A stretch of 64,000 nucleotides of DNA from an uncultured Acidobacteriota bacterium (GTDB lineage Bacteria; Acidobacteriota; Thermoanaerobaculia; UBA5066; DATFVB01). Below the pieces are notes generated by a model that did not search any database, had not been told where the DNA came from, and saw only the letters and a program-made list of their open reading frames with translations. A program made the position numbers and the translations under genes. This document shows positions 9,065 to 18,585 of this stretch, in pieces. The DNA lies in assembly GCA_963813155.1 (NCBI GenBank), contig CAWEYG010000002.1:224001-288000 (forward strand). Reading direction: 5' to 3'. Each line of letters opens with the position of its first letter. Position 1 is the first letter of the stretch.

Positions 9065-10404
9065 GGGCGTGTCTCCTCCTTCAAAATGCCGTCGAGCGCG
9101 ACAAGGAATCGCGCGAGAGCGGACCGGGGAACGATGTAAGGCGGAAGCAGGCGCAGAACGTTCTTGCGCGCCGTTCCCACCACGAATCCCTTTTCCCGCA
9201 GGGCACCGGCGACGGGACCCGCGTCTCCGTCGAGCTCGACGCCCCACATCAGGCCGGCGCCGCGGACGTCCACGATTCGGGACCGGCGCGACATCAGCCG
9301 CTTCAATTCTTTTTCGAGCCAGGTTCCGAGCTCCCGCACGCGCGAAAGCAGCTTCGCGTCTTCGATCTCGGCGAGGACCTCGAGCCCGAGGCGGCAGGCG
9401 AGCGGATTGCCCCCGAACGTCGTCCCGTGGTGGCCGGGCCGGACGGCGTTCGCCATTCTCGAGCCGGCGACGACGGCGCCGAGCGGCAGGCCGCCGCCGA
9501 GCGCCTTCGCGAGCGTGACCGCGTCGGGAACGACGCCCGCCCGCTCGAAAGCGAAAAGCGCGCCCGTGCGCCCGATGCCGCACTGGATCTCGTCGAAAAT
9601 CAGGAGAGCGCCGCTTCGATCGGCCAGCCGCCGGGCAGCGCGAAGGAACGAAGGCGAGAGGGGAACGATTCCCGCCTCCCCCATCACGGGCTCGAGCAGG
9701 ATCGCCGACGTCCTTTCGGAAACCGCGGCTTCGAGCGCCGCCTCGTCGTCCGGGCGCACGAAGCGGACTCCCGGCAGCAACGGAAGAAACGGCGTTCGGT
9801 ACTCCTCGTGCCCCGTCACCGAGAGCGACCCCATCGTCCGCCCGTGAAAGCTCTCCTCGACCGCGACGATCTCCGCCCGGCCCGGATTCGCGAGCCGGGC
9901 GAACTTCAGGGCCGCTTCGACGGCTTCCGTGCCGCTGTTGCAGAAAAAGACCTTCGAGAGGCCGGAGGCGCGGACGAGCCGTTCGGCGAGAAGCCCCTGG
10001 GCCGGGTGGTAGAACAGATTCGAGACGTGCCACAGGTTCTTCGACTCCTCCCGGAGCGCCCGAACGAGGCGCGGGTGCCGGATCCCGAGCGCGTTGACGG
10101 CGATGCCGCCGAGCAGGTCCCAGTACGGCCGCCCGTCCGCGTCGATCAGCCGAGCGCCCCGCCCGGACCGCGGATGAAAGGGCGTTCGCGCGTAGGTCGA
10201 AAGGACGAAGTTCTTCTCCCTCTGCTCGACGAGAGCAGTCTCGTCCCGGCCGAGCGGGTGGCGGGGGGCGAGACCCCCTTTTGCCGCTCGCGACGCCTTC
10301 GTAGCAAAGTCCTCAGATCGCGGCGAGCGGAAAAGCGGGGCGAGCCCCCCGACAGGACCCGTCCGGCCTCGCTTGGAGTTTCTTCTCAGGCTGCGACAAG
10401 ACAC
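9061..10404 (-). CDS. argD: Acetylornithine aminotransferase; 5' end interrupted by a family-1 hairpin, start uncertain (GTG 10404 or TTG 10399)
   Basis: FFCNSGTEAVEAALKFAR, FHGRTMG, LIFDEIQCGIGRTG, TLAKALGGGLP and HGTTFGGNPL. Confidence 0.92.
   Translation of the reverse strand: MSCRSLRRNSKRGRTGPVGGLAPLFRSPRSEDFATKASRAAKGGLAPRHPLGRDETALVEQREKNFVLSTYARTPFHPRSGRGARLIDADGRPYWDLLGGIAVNALGIRHPRLVRALREESKNLWHVSNLFYHPAQGLLAERLVRASGLSKVFFCNSGTEAVEAALKFARLANPGRAEIVAVEESFHGRTMGSLSVTGHEEYRTPFLPLLPGVRFVRPDDEAALEAAVSERTSAILLEPVMGEAGIVPLSPSFLRAARRLADRSGALLIFDEIQCGIGRTGALFAFERAGVVPDAVTLAKALGGGLPLGAVVAGSRMANAVRPGHHGTTFGGNPLACRLGLEVLAEIEDAKLLSRVRELGTWLEKELKRLMSRRSRIVDVRGAGLMWGVELDGDAGPVAGALREKGFVVGTARKNVLRLLPPYIVPRSALARFLVALDGILKEETRP
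10248..10368. repeat. Family-1 hairpin element, copy A (121 bp, inside the argD 5' end)
   Basis: Terminal inverted repeat GGCCGAGCGGGT/ACCCGTCCGGCC, inner CTTTTGCCGCTCGC/GCGAGCGGAAAAG, loop GTAGCAAAGTCCTCA at 10301-10315. Confidence 0.9.
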
Positions 10405-11174
10405 GTCCCTCCTTCTCCGCCCCGGAGCACGTCCGCGTGGCGCCGGGGACCGGCGATCACGACCTCCCGGACGCCCTTCCGAAGCGCCTCCAGGCAGGCC
10501 AGCAGCTTCGGCCGCATTCCTCCCTCGATCGCGGGACCGGAGAGCAGAGACTCCGCGTCCCGAACCGCGAGCCTCGAGAGGGTGCGCCCCGACTCGTCCC
10601 GCACGCCTTCGACGTCGGTGAAGAAGACGAGCCGGCGGGCGGATAGAGCCGCCGCAGCAGCGGCCGCCGCTTCGTCGGCATTCAAATTCAGCAGGCCTCC
10701 GTCGCGGCCGGCCGCGATGGGAGCGAGGACCGGCAGCATGCCGGCCGAGAGGATCGCGTTCAGGAGCCCGGCGCTCGCCCGGGCGCACCCACCGACGAAC
10801 CCGAGGTCCACGCCTCCGGACGGAAGGCGTTTTTCCGCCACGAGCGTCGCTCCGTCCACGCCGCAGATTCCCGCGGCCGGGACCCCGACCTCGCGGAGCT
10901 CCGCGACGATCGCCTTGTTGACGACTCCCGCGAGCACGCCCACGGCCGCTTCGAGCGTCGGCGCATCGGTGATCCGGAGGCCCTCGTGGATTCTTCGCGG
11001 AATCCCGAGCGACGCGAGGTGAGCGTCGAGCCTCTTCCCGCCGCCATGCACGACGACGAGGGATTCGCCGGCATTCCACGCCTCCGCGACGGCCGCGACG
11101 ACGGCGGCCCGCCGCCGCGCGTCCTCCAGGAGGCTTCCCCCGAGCTTGACGACCGTCGGGCGCGGACGTCTCAT
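10386..11174 (-). CDS. argB: Acetylglutamate kinase
   Basis: VVKLGGS, VVHGGG, GLRITD, LNLNAD, FFTDVEGV and GGMRPKL. Confidence 0.93.
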   Translation of the reverse strand: MRRPRPTVVKLGGSLLEDARRRAAVVAAVAEAWNAGESLVVVHGGGKRLDAHLASLGIPRRIHEGLRITDAPTLEAAVGVLAGVVNKAIVAELREVGVPAAGICGVDGATLVAEKRLPSGGVDLGFVGGCARASAGLLNAILSAGMLPVLAPIAAGRDGGLLNLNADEAAAAAAAALSARRLVFFTDVEGVRDESGRTLSRLAVRDAESLLSGPAIEGGMRPKLLACLEALRKGVREVVIAGPRRHADVLRGGEGGTCLVAA

Positions 11175-12160
11175 TGCAGTCCCTCCCCTTCGGGAAATCC
11201 CGTCATCCGGTTGAAATTCTGAACCGCCTGCGAAGCCGCCCCCTTCAGGAGGTTGTCGAGCACCGAGACGATTACCGCCCTTTTCCCTCCGGAAAGCAGC
11301 GCGTAGCCGATCTCGGCTCTCGGCGTTCCGACGGCGGCTTTGAGATCCGGCAGGTCGCCCTCGGCCCTCACGCGCACGAACGGGCGTCCGCCGTACGCGG
11401 CCTCGAACGCCTGCGCGAGATCGGCCCCGGACGCCGCCCGAGCAAAGCTCACGTGGATCGTCGAGAGGATTCCTCTTTCGACGGGCAGGAGGTGCGGAAC
11501 GAAGACGAGCTCCGCTTCCGGCGCGAGGCCGAGATGGCGCCGCATCTCGGGCACATGGCGATGCGTTCCGACGCCGTAGGCCCGGGAATTTCCGAACAAT
11601 TCGGTGAAAGACCAGGCCGCGTCGCTCTTTCTTCCGGCTCCGGAGATGCCGCTCAGGCTGTCGCAGATGATCGGCGAATCCGGGTCGAGCAGGCCAAGCA
11701 ACGGCTTGAGCGCAAGCAGAATCGAGGTCGGGTAACAACCCGGGTTCGCGACGAGAGTCGCTTCGTCGAGCTCCTCCCCGCACCATTCCGTCAGGCCGTA
11801 GACAGCCTCGCTTCGCTCCCCGAGGCGAAACGCGCCCGAGAGGTCGATGATCCTCGTCTGCGGACGGCCCGCGAGGATCTCTCCGACGAGCCGCGCGGAG
11901 ACCTCTTCCGGCGTCGCGAGAAACACGATATCGGGCTCCCCGTCGAGCAAGCCATCGAGCGAATACGCGACGACGTCGGGCCCTGAAGCGCCGCCGAGCC
12001 CGGGGTGAAGCGACGAAAACGGTCCGGCCGTCGCGCCCGAGCTCGAGTAGATTCCGGCCCACTCGGCTCCGGGATGGCCCGAAAGCCGCCGGCACAATTC
12101 GCCGCCGGCATAGCCGCCGCCCCCCACGACCGATACACGTTTCACGCTCTCTGCAAACAT
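11171..12160 (-). CDS. argC: N-acetyl-gamma-glutamyl-phosphate reductase
   Basis: GGGGYAGGEL, IDLSGAFRL, VANPGCYPT, SGISGAG and DNLLKGAASQAVQNFN. Confidence 0.95.
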   Translation of the reverse strand: MFAESVKRVSVVGGGGYAGGELCRRLSGHPGAEWAGIYSSSGATAGPFSSLHPGLGGASGPDVVAYSLDGLLDGEPDIVFLATPEEVSARLVGEILAGRPQTRIIDLSGAFRLGERSEAVYGLTEWCGEELDEATLVANPGCYPTSILLALKPLLGLLDPDSPIICDSLSGISGAGRKSDAAWSFTELFGNSRAYGVGTHRHVPEMRRHLGLAPEAELVFVPHLLPVERGILSTIHVSFARAASGADLAQAFEAAYGGRPFVRVRAEGDLPDLKAAVGTPRAEIGYALLSGGKRAVIVSVLDNLLKGAASQAVQNFNRMTGFPEGEGLQ

Positions 12161-12191
12161 CTGTGCGCTCTTTCCACGAAGAAGGCGCTGT

Positions 12192-12707
12192 TTAAGCGCG
12201 CTTGCGCCGGAGACGGCGCGGGCTGCGGAGGGCCGGAGCGAGGGCGGACTGGAATCTCCGGGCGAGCTTCGCCGCGGAGGAGGGCGACCGCATCGCGAGG
12301 AAGATCGTGTCGTCGCCGGAGATCGTGCCGACGATGTCGGGCAGGCCCGCCTCGTCGATTGCCCGCGCGACCGGGTGGGCATCGGCCGGAGGCGTGCGCA
12401 GGACGAGCAGGGGCCCGGCCGTCTCGGCGGAAAGGACGAATTCCCGGACCGTCCGGTCGAGCCGCTCCATTCGCCTCTGCGGGAGGGACACCGTGTCGGG
12501 CGGAAGGAGAGACGCCGGGGAGCTCGCGGGAACCGCGGGAAGAACGTAACCCTTCGGGCCCTTCGCGACGCCGAGCTCCTTGAGGTCCCGCGAGAGAGTC
12601 GGCTGGGCCGCGGGGAACCCCCGGCTCTGGAGCACGCGGCGCAGGTCGCCCTGCGATCGAACGACGCCCTCGCTCACGATCCGAAGCAGCTCCTCGCGTC
12701 GCCGCAT
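12192..12707 (-). CDS. argR: Arginine repressor
   Basis: QPTLSRDLKELG, LRTPPADA and IVGTISGDDTIF. Start placed downstream of the ARG boxes; the ORF track starts at 12740. Confidence 0.9.
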   Translation of the reverse strand: MRRREELLRIVSEGVVRSQGDLRRVLQSRGFPAAQPTLSRDLKELGVAKGPKGYVLPAVPASSPASLLPPDTVSLPQRRMERLDRTVREFVLSAETAGPLLVLRTPPADAHPVARAIDEAGLPDIVGTISGDDTIFLAMRSPSSAAKLARRFQSALAPALRSPRRLRRKRA

Positions 12708-12717
12708 CGCGTCGCCT

Positions 12718-12771
12718 GCCGAATTCTTATTCATCGCCATGAATATTTATCCGATATCCCGGGCTTGTCAA
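12718..12771 (-). promoter_or_regulatory. Two tandem ARG boxes plus -35 TTGACA of the arg operon promoter
   Basis: gccGAATtcttATTCAtc (12718-12735) and caTGAATatttATcCgat (12738-12755) match TNTGAATWWWWATTCANW with a 2 bp gap. TTGACA on the minus strand at 12771-12766. Confidence 0.8.
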
Positions 12772-12844
12772 GAAAAAAATGCGCTCTTGCCGGAAAAATT
12801 CGGGGGCTTGACAGGTTCGATATGGTGGGCGCGGAGGTGGCCCC

Positions 12845-13723
12845 ATGGCCCGAAGTTCCCCGGATTCTGCTCGCCCCGTCGCGAAGATCGTCGTGCCGCA
12901 GCCCGTCGTCGAGGGAGCCGGCGTTCACCTGGTGAGGTCGATCGCGACCCGCGAGCTCGACCATCTGGACCCGTTTCTGCTGCTCGACCATTTCGAGTCG
13001 CTGAACCCCGCGGACTACGAGCCGGGATTCCCCTTCCATCCCCACCGCGGGATCGAAACCGTCACGTTCATCCGGAAGGGCGAAGTCCAGCACCACGATT
13101 CGCTCGGACACCGCGGGTCGATCGGCGCCGGCGACATCCAGTGGATGAGCTCCGGGAGCGGGATCCTCCACGAGGAGATGCCGCAGGTGAAGCCGGAGGG
13201 GATCGCTGGCCTCCAGCTCTGGCTCAATCTCCCGGCGCGCGAGAAGATGTCCCGGCCGAAGTACCGGGACCTGCGCTCCGACCTCCTCCCCGAAGTGGAA
13301 ACGGACGAAGGCGCGAAAATCCGCGTGATCGCAGGCGAGGCTCAGGGCGGCCGTTTCACCGGCCCGGTCGAGGGCCTCGCGGTCGACCCGAAGTTCGTGG
13401 AGGTCGTCCTTCCGCCCGGGTCGTCGTTTCGGGAAGCCGTGCCGGCCGGGCACACGGCGTTCGCCTACGTCGACCACGGGGACGTCGTCTTCGGCGGACG
13501 GGACGTTCGCGGGCCGGCGCTCGTGATCTTCGGCGACGGCGATTTCGTTTCCGCCTCCGCGGGACCGGCCGGGGGCCGATTCCTGCTCGCGGCCGCGCAG
13601 CCGCTCCACGAGCCGATCGCGCGCTACGGTCCTTTCGTCATGAACACCCGGGCCGAGATCGAGCAGACCCTGCGCGACCTGCAGACCGGAAACTTCATCC
13701 GGCAGGAGCCGAAAGACGACTGA
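12845..13723 (+). CDS. Pirin family protein
   Basis: DPFLLLDHF, GFPFHPHRGIETVT, GSGILHEE, LQLWLNLP and GPFVMNT. Confidence 0.93.
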   Translation: MARSSPDSARPVAKIVVPQPVVEGAGVHLVRSIATRELDHLDPFLLLDHFESLNPADYEPGFPFHPHRGIETVTFIRKGEVQHHDSLGHRGSIGAGDIQWMSSGSGILHEEMPQVKPEGIAGLQLWLNLPAREKMSRPKYRDLRSDLLPEVETDEGAKIRVIAGEAQGGRFTGPVEGLAVDPKFVEVVLPPGSSFREAVPAGHTAFAYVDHGDVVFGGRDVRGPALVIFGDGDFVSASAGPAGGRFLLAAAQPLHEPIARYGPFVMNTRAEIEQTLRDLQTGNFIRQEPKDD

Positions 13724-13732
13724 AGACTTCGC

Positions 13733-14593
13733 TCAGCGGAACAGGGGCTCGCCGGATCCCGGCATCCGGCACGACTCCGGATCGCCGGAAGAAAGCCCCC
13801 TCTGCAGCGACGCGACGCGGTCGGCCGAGGAGCCGTGCGTCCAGGATTCCGGCTGCACGTGCCCCGTCGCCATCTTTTGAAGGGCGTCGTCTCCGACAGC
13901 CGCCGCTGCCTTCATGCCCGCCTCGGCGTCCCCGGGGTCGAGCATTCCCTTGCGGTCGCTCCGGTTGCCCCAGACGCCCGCGAGACAATCGGCCTGCAGC
14001 TCGATTGCGATCGAAGCCTGCCGGCCTTCTCCGGCGCTGCTCATGATCCCGAGCTCGTTCTGGACGTGGTGGCCGACTTCGTGGGCGATCACGTAGGCCC
14101 GGGCGAAATCGCCGGGAGCGCCGAAGCGCTGGGACAACTCCCGAAAGAACGAAAGATCCAGGTAGACCTTGAAGTCCTGCGGGCAGTAGAACGGGCCGAC
14201 GGCACTCGAAGTGATCCCGCAACCCGAGTTGATGCCGCCGTCGAAGAGCACGAGCTTCGGCAGCTCGTAGCGGCGACCATGCTCCTTGAAGATCTCGGTC
14301 CACGTCTGCTCGGTATCGGCGAGCACGATTCGAACGAACTTGAGACCGGCGTCTTCCGCGCCGGAAGTTCCAGTTGGGGCGGGCGTGGTCGACGGCGCCG
14401 TCGCCGCGGGTTGCTCGGAGGAAGACGTGAGGAGCTGAAGGATTTGCAGCGGGCTATGTCCGGTGACGAGCCCGATGATGATCGCGATGACGACCACTCC
14501 GATGCCGCCTCCGGCGATATGCCTCCCGCCGATTCCGCCTCCGCCCCGTTCGTCCTCGACCTGGTCGCTTTCCGGTCGGTCATCCAGACGCAT
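13733..14593 (-). CDS. Neutral zinc metallopeptidase (YpfJ-like)
   Basis: N-terminal TM segment, GPFYCPQD, AYVIAHEVGHHVQ, ELQADCLAG and SWTHGSS. Confidence 0.9.
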   Translation of the reverse strand: MRLDDRPESDQVEDERGGGGIGGRHIAGGGIGVVVIAIIIGLVTGHSPLQILQLLTSSSEQPAATAPSTTPAPTGTSGAEDAGLKFVRIVLADTEQTWTEIFKEHGRRYELPKLVLFDGGINSGCGITSSAVGPFYCPQDFKVYLDLSFFRELSQRFGAPGDFARAYVIAHEVGHHVQNELGIMSSAGEGRQASIAIELQADCLAGVWGNRSDRKGMLDPGDAEAGMKAAAAVGDDALQKMATGHVQPESWTHGSSADRVASLQRGLSSGDPESCRMPGSGEPLFR

Positions 14594-14655
14594 CTCGGAG
14601 CCTCCTTAGCGGTGCTTCACGCAGCACCATGCCGCGAGAAGCGTATCACCCGGCG

Positions 14656-15399
14656 TCAAACGAGCCTGTCTTCCGTCGCCCAGCGAGCGAACAGGGCCAG
14701 GCCCTTTTCGTCGGCCTCCGTCAATTCGTAGTGGAGGCAGTTGCGAAGGTAGTCCTCCACCATCGCCCGCGAAAGGCGCGTGCCCGAACGATCCCGGGCC
14801 GTTTCGATCTCCGAATCGACCATCGCCTCGAACTCGGCCAGGGATGCGCGGTAGGAATCGAACAGGGCGTTCCGCAGCGCTTCGCTCCAGACTTCCCTTC
14901 GGACGGCCCAGACCGCGAAGACGAACGGGAAACCCGTCAGGCTTCTCCATTCGGACGCGAGGTCCAGCACGACTTGCCCCTGCAGCTCCGCCTTCATCGC
15001 GGGATCTCCGATGATCAACTCGGCGTCGGCGTTCCGCTCACGGCTCTCCGGCTCGATTCCGAACCTCCGCTTGAGCAGGATCCGAACGAGCGCGGCCGAC
15101 GTGCGAGACGCCGGGTCGAACCGGACCGAGCGGATCTTCTCCCGGGAGACGCGCGAGACGAGCAGAACCGACCGAACCTCCGAATCCGCGGCGATACCCA
15201 GCCCCTCCACGCGAACGAGATTCGGAATGCGCGAGAGCTCGATCGAAGGGATCAGGCCGACGTCCGCCCGCCCGTCGCGCAGTTTCTCGGCACACTCCGA
15301 CGGCAGGTCGCGAGCGACCTCGAACCCGGCGGGAGGATTGCGGAGAAGCCCCCAGACGAGCGGCCGGGCATTCAGGAAATCGACGAGGGAGACCCGCAC
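14656..15399 (-). CDS. mqnA: Chorismate dehydratase (futalosine pathway)
   Basis: FLNARPL, VRSVLL, SRTSAAL, LIIGDPA and W..LTGFPFVFAVW. Confidence 0.88.
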   Translation of the reverse strand: MRVSLVDFLNARPLVWGLLRNPPAGFEVARDLPSECAEKLRDGRADVGLIPSIELSRIPNLVRVEGLGIAADSEVRSVLLVSRVSREKIRSVRFDPASRTSAALVRILLKRRFGIEPESRERNADAELIIGDPAMKAELQGQVVLDLASEWRSLTGFPFVFAVWAVRREVWSEALRNALFDSYRASLAEFEAMVDSEIETARDRSGTRLSRAMVEDYLRNCLHYELTEADEKGLALFARWATEDRLV

Positions 15400-15456
15400 G
15401 CCGGCAGTCTATCCGTTCGATGAAGATCGCCGCGAGCATCCCTGTATACTTTTCGA

Positions 15457-17590
15457 ATGTCTCACGCGCGACCCGAAGGCTCCGCGGAGCCCGGCGCTTC
15501 CCCGCTCCGAGGCGACTTCCGAGTCGCTGGACCGGATCGTCCAGCCGACCCTGAACCGGGTCGTGCGCGGCGCCGACATCGTCTCTCTCGAACCGAAGAT
15601 CATGCAGGTGCTCGTTCGGCTGGCCGAAACCCCCGGGGCTGTCGTCACGAAGGAGGAACTCTTCGAGCGAGCCTGGGCGGGCACGTTCGTTTCGGAAGAC
15701 GTCCTGACGCGCGCGATCGGCGAGCTCCGGAAGATCTTCGCCGACGACCCGGCCCGCCCCCGCGTGATCGAGACGATCCGCAAGATCGGCTATCGACTCC
15801 TCGTTTCGCCGGCTCCGCCCGCGACCGACGACGCGGCAGCGGCTGCCGGGCCCGTGGTCCGGCCGGGACTCCGCCGCCGGAGCCGCGTCGCCGCGGTTCT
15901 CGCCGCTGCCGCCGCCTCGATCCTCGCCGCCCTCCTCCTGACGCGTTCCTCCGCGGTTTCGCGCCGTTCCGGCCCCGTGCGAATCGTTCCGGTCACGACG
16001 TTTCCGGGCAACGAGCGGCACCCGGCTCTCTCTCCCGACGGAACCCGAGTCGCCTTCGCCTGGGAAAAGCCCGGAGAAAAGACGAGTCTGTACGTGAAGC
16101 TGCTCGATTCGCCGTCGCCCGTCCGGCTGACCACCTCGCCCGGATCGGACAGTGAGCCCGCCTGGTCTCCGGACGGGCAGAAGATCGCGTTCGTCCGCCG
16201 GACGCGGGAGACGTGCGAGATCCTGAGCGTTCCCTCGATCGGGGGCTCCGCGCAGCGCATGGCCGAATGCGGCAGCCTCGACGCCGGAAAGATCTCCTGG
16301 TCGCCCTCGGGAGCCGAGCTCGCGTTTTCGGTCCCGTCGGCCGGCGGTCCGCTTCGCCTGGAGGCGCTCGATCTCTCGCGCGGCTCGAGGAGAGCGCTCA
16401 CGTCCCCGCCGCCCGGATCCGTCGGAGACGAGGAGGCCTCGTTCTCGCCCGACGGAAAGACGATCTCCTTCCTTCGGTCGCTTTCCGACGGCGTTTCCGA
16501 CATTTACACGGTGCCCGCGGCCGGGGGCTCCGAATCGCGCGTAACGGAGGAGAACCGGAGCATCACCGGCGCCGACTGGTCGCCCGACGGACGAAGCCTG
16601 ATCTTCTCGTCGAGCCGGGCGGGCCTGTTCAGCCTCTGGAAGATCCCGGCGGCCGGAGGCGAGCCGCTCCTCGTCGCCGGGGGCGGGTCGAAGATGAAGC
16701 ACCCTTCCACGGCGCGCCGCGTCAACTCCGTCGCGTACGAGAACTGGCACTACGAGGTCAACCTCTGGCGCGTGCCGCTGTCCGGCGAGACTTCGCGGCC
16801 GGGAACGCGTCTCACGTTCGCCGGGGACGAATGGGAGTTCGACCCCGAATATTCACCCGACGGTTCGCGCATCGCCTACGTCTCGACGAAATCGGGCGCC
16901 GACGAGGTCTGGACGACGGACCGCAACGGCGGTTCTCCGTCGCAGCTCACTTCCTTCGGAGGCCCGCGGCTCGGAATGCCGCGATGGTCGCCGGACGGGA
17001 GAAAGCTCGTCTTCACCGCCCGTCCCCAGGGACAGGCGGACCTCTATTCGATCGACTCCTCCGGCGGCTCCCCGATTCGGCTGACTACCACTCCGGGAGA
17101 CGAAGCGTCGCCGAGCTGGTCGCGAGACGGGCGGTCGATCTATTTCGCGTCGCGGCGGTCCGGCGGCTGGGAAGTGTGGCGGATGCCGTCGGCCGGTGGC
17201 GAGGCGGTCCGCGTGACCCTCCACGGCGGACATACGGCGTACGAATCGGGCGACGGAGCGTGGCTCTACTTCAGCCGCGCCGATTCTCCCGGGATCTGGA
17301 GAATGCCGACCGGAGGAGGGGCCGAAGAGCGGGTTCTCGCCCTGCTCGCCCCGAACTGCGGGGAGGACTGGCGAGTCACGGCCCGGGGCATCTACTTTCG
17401 CGTCGACCGCGGCGAGGCGCCGCCGCTCGTACAGATGTGGGCCTTCGGCGCGAGCGGGCCTGTCACGGTCGCGTCCCTCGAGGAGCAGGCCTGGGACGGG
17501 TTCACGGTTTCCCCGGACGGCTCCTCGATCGTCTACGGCCGCGCCGATCGGCGCGACTGCGACATTCGCATGGTCGAAAACGCGTTCTAG
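15457..17590 (+). CDS. CadC/ToxR-like winged-helix regulator with TM segment and TolB/PD40 beta-propeller; probable frameshift near 15530
   Basis: LEPKIMQVLVRLA...VTKEELFERAW...LTRAIGELRK...IETIRKIGYRL, one TM helix, then repeated P.WSPDG motifs. Confidence 0.85.
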
Positions 17591-18585
17591 CCGGGTCCCC
17601 GGTCCCCTGGACCCCGATCACCTCTCGGTCCGGTCTTGTTCCGTCCGAATGTCCCCGTTTCCAGCGCCGGCGCGGCACCGACCGTGAACGAAGTGCACGA
17701 CCGCTCGTGGATCGCCGCCGTGCGATCCCGAAGGAAGCCGGCGCAACGCCCGCGGCGGACCGCCTGGATCTCCGCCGCGACCGAGAGCGCGATCTCCTCG
17801 GGCGTCTCGGACTCGATATCGAGGCCGGCGGGCGCGTAGATCCGGGCAGATCCCAGCGGATCCGGAGTGTCCCGGGTGTCCTCGAGAATCCGGGCGGCGC
17901 GCTGCCGGGAGCCGAGGACGCCGATGTAAAAAGCGCCAGTCGTTCGGAGTGCCCGAAGCATTTCGACGTCGTCCAGGTAATGATGGGTCGCGACGAGGGC
18001 GGCGGTCGACGGCGTGACGGCCGAGTCGATTTCGTCCGGCAGAAGGATCGGTCCCTCGAGGACGGCCGACCATCGCCGCCTCGCCTCCGGCGTGACGCGC
18101 GGGGCAACGACCTCGACGCGCCACTCGAGAATCTTCGCGATCCGAACCAGCGGCAACAGGTCTTCGCCGGTCCCCGCCAGCAGGAGAACGGCGGGCGGGC
18201 CGCCCTCGGCAGCCCGTTCCAGCCCGTCGAGCTCGGCCGCGTCGAGCTCCGTCAGCAGCACCCCGATCCGGCCGCCGCAGCCGAGCCCGGAGCCGAAAAC
18301 GATGTCGTCGGGACCCGAGAGGTCGTATTCGACCCTGAGAGGGCCCTTGCGGGCCAGGATCTCCGGAACACGCCGACGCAGCTCCAGTTCGAAACAGCCT
18401 CCGCTGATCGATCCCGCCGTCGAACCGTCCTCGCACAGGATCATGCGCGCCCCGGGCCTTCGGTAATGAGACCCCTCGACCGAGACGAGGTGCGCGAGCA
18501 CTCCCCTTCCTCCGCGAGCGAGGAGATCGCGGCCGAACGCGGCGAGGGAAGCGAGCGAGCTCCCGCTCGGCTCCGGGAGCTTCAT
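17587..18585 (-). CDS. XdhC/CoxI family molybdoenzyme accessory protein
   Basis: [35 protein letters not shown] and [22 protein letters not shown]. Confidence 0.9.
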   Translation of the reverse strand: MKLPEPSGSSLASLAAFGRDLLARGGRGVLAHLVSVEGSHYRRPGARMILCEDGSTAGSISGGCFELELRRRVPEILARKGPLRVEYDLSGPDDIVFGSGLGCGGRIGVLLTELDAAELDGLERAAEGGPPAVLLLAGTGEDLLPLVRIAKILEWRVEVVAPRVTPEARRRWSAVLEGPILLPDEIDSAVTPSTAALVATHHYLDDVEMLRALRTTGAFYIGVLGSRQRAARILEDTRDTPDPLGSARIYAPAGLDIESETPEEIALSVAAEIQAVRRGRCAGFLRDRTAAIHERSCTSFTVGAAPALETGTFGRNKTGPRGDRGPGDRGPG

